Virus record (IMG/VR): IMGVR_UViG_3300008954_000001
Origin: a virus
Lineage: Duplodnaviria > Caudoviricetes
Strand: one strand, 5' to 3'
DNA: 64,000 bases
Within the stretch, counting starts at the first letter, position 1. Every line of letters begins with the position of its first letter. A program made the position numbers and the translations under genes. Below the pieces are notes generated by a model. It was given only the letters and a program-made list of their open reading frames with translations. It was not told the origin of the DNA and did not search any database. Of this stretch, positions 63,393 through 64,000 are shown piece after piece.

Positions 63393-64000
63393 AATACTTG
63401 ATCCGATCATCAATCGTAGTCGATCCGGCGCAAGACAGACCAGCGGAAGCCTTTAAGAACTGTCTTAAACTTGAAGAGTCTGGGGTTGCTTGCGATATCC
63501 CCGAAGAACAAAAGATTTGGGATTTTGTTCGAGACTTCTCTCGTAACCACGGCCATGCCCCCAAAGTCCAAACTGTCCGAGAACACTTCTTAGGGCAGCG
63601 GGACGAGGATACGATCAACCGTTTAGAGCATTTGGTAACGGTCACTCCAATCTATCGGGGAGACTTTGAGCGGCATACCGTACAAATCGCAGAACAACGA
63701 TCTGTTCTTGGGCTGACTAACCTGTGTAAGCAGGTCGCCCGCATCGCTAACGATGGTATGGAGATCAAGGACGGGAAAAAGCAATTCCGACTCCAAGGCT
63801 CCAAAGATGCCATCCGATTTCTTGTGGACAAGTCGCATGACTATGTGACTCCCGTCTTTGGCTCCCGTCTTTCAGGGGAAGTGACACGAGACGGGGAAGC
63901 TGTTCTCGCTGAATACTCACGAGTAGAAAGCGATCCTTATGCGGGGATTGGTGCCATGACAGGCATCCAGCAAATGGATCAAGCTGTTCAAGGTGCTCAA
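63389..64000 (+). CDS. DnaB-like replicative helicase, N-terminal part (partial)
   Basis: ATG 63389 (ATGA overlap), open to the window end; ends ...MTGIQQMDQAVQGAQ, the TG...D....G segment that precedes the DnaB Walker A. Confidence 0.65.
   Translation, partial: MKYLIRSSIVVDPAQDRPAEAFKNCLKLEESGVACDIPEEQKIWDFVRDFSRNHGHAPKVQTVREHFLGQRDEDTINRLEHLVTVTPIYRGDFERHTVQIAEQRSVLGLTNLCKQVARIANDGMEIKDGKKQFRLQGSKDAIRFLVDKSHDYVTPVFGSRLSGEVTRDGEAVLAEYSRVESDPYAGIGAMTGIQQMDQAVQGAQ

Noticed and set aside
1-64000. Eukaryotic giant-virus origin (TopIB, DOT1-like, SNF2) or a recoded genetic code
   Set aside because: SD sites, ATGA coupling, intrinsic terminators, CCA-encoding tRNA, peptidoglycan enzyme and lipoboxes indicate a bacterial host; long ORFs are intact under the standard code

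Overview
This 64 kb window looks like part of a large (jumbo-type) dsDNA bacteriophage genome read with the standard bacterial code. It has SD sites, ATGA-coupled genes and a CCA-encoding tRNA. No capsid, terminase or polymerase gene lies in the window, so the phage call rests on gene content and organisation. Myxococcota-type envelope genes (CglF/GltF-like protein, vWA lipoprotein with Cys/Asp repeats, DUF5658) suggest a deltaproteobacterial host (inference). Three layers are visible. (1) Early-type cassettes of small genes at about 3-8 kb, 11.9 kb, 28-35 kb and 49.7 kb, each driven by a conserved bipartite motif GGGGGC(T/C)RAT-N11-TCGGTAnnn; I found 17 copies. (2) Mostly minus-strand late/structural-type genes: a 3064-aa LamG/Ig/BNR fibre-like protein, lysis genes, and enzymes sharing short peptide tags (RVAxRY, LIRLAxxNP, [KR]TA[AS]). 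The tagged set includes two adjacent topoisomerase IB proteins, a UvrD helicase, a WGR protein and a ParB/Srx protein; one topoisomerase is fused to a Zn-peptidase-like, a 2H phosphodiesterase and a HAD domain. (3) The start of a replication module (SNF2, DnaC-like, DnaB-like) at the right end. The most striking non-coding element is a circularly permuted tRNA-like RNA (Y RNA/YrlA-like) at 31338-31437, directly upstream of tRNA-Ala(UGC). All family assignments come from motif recognition by eye; no database search was run.
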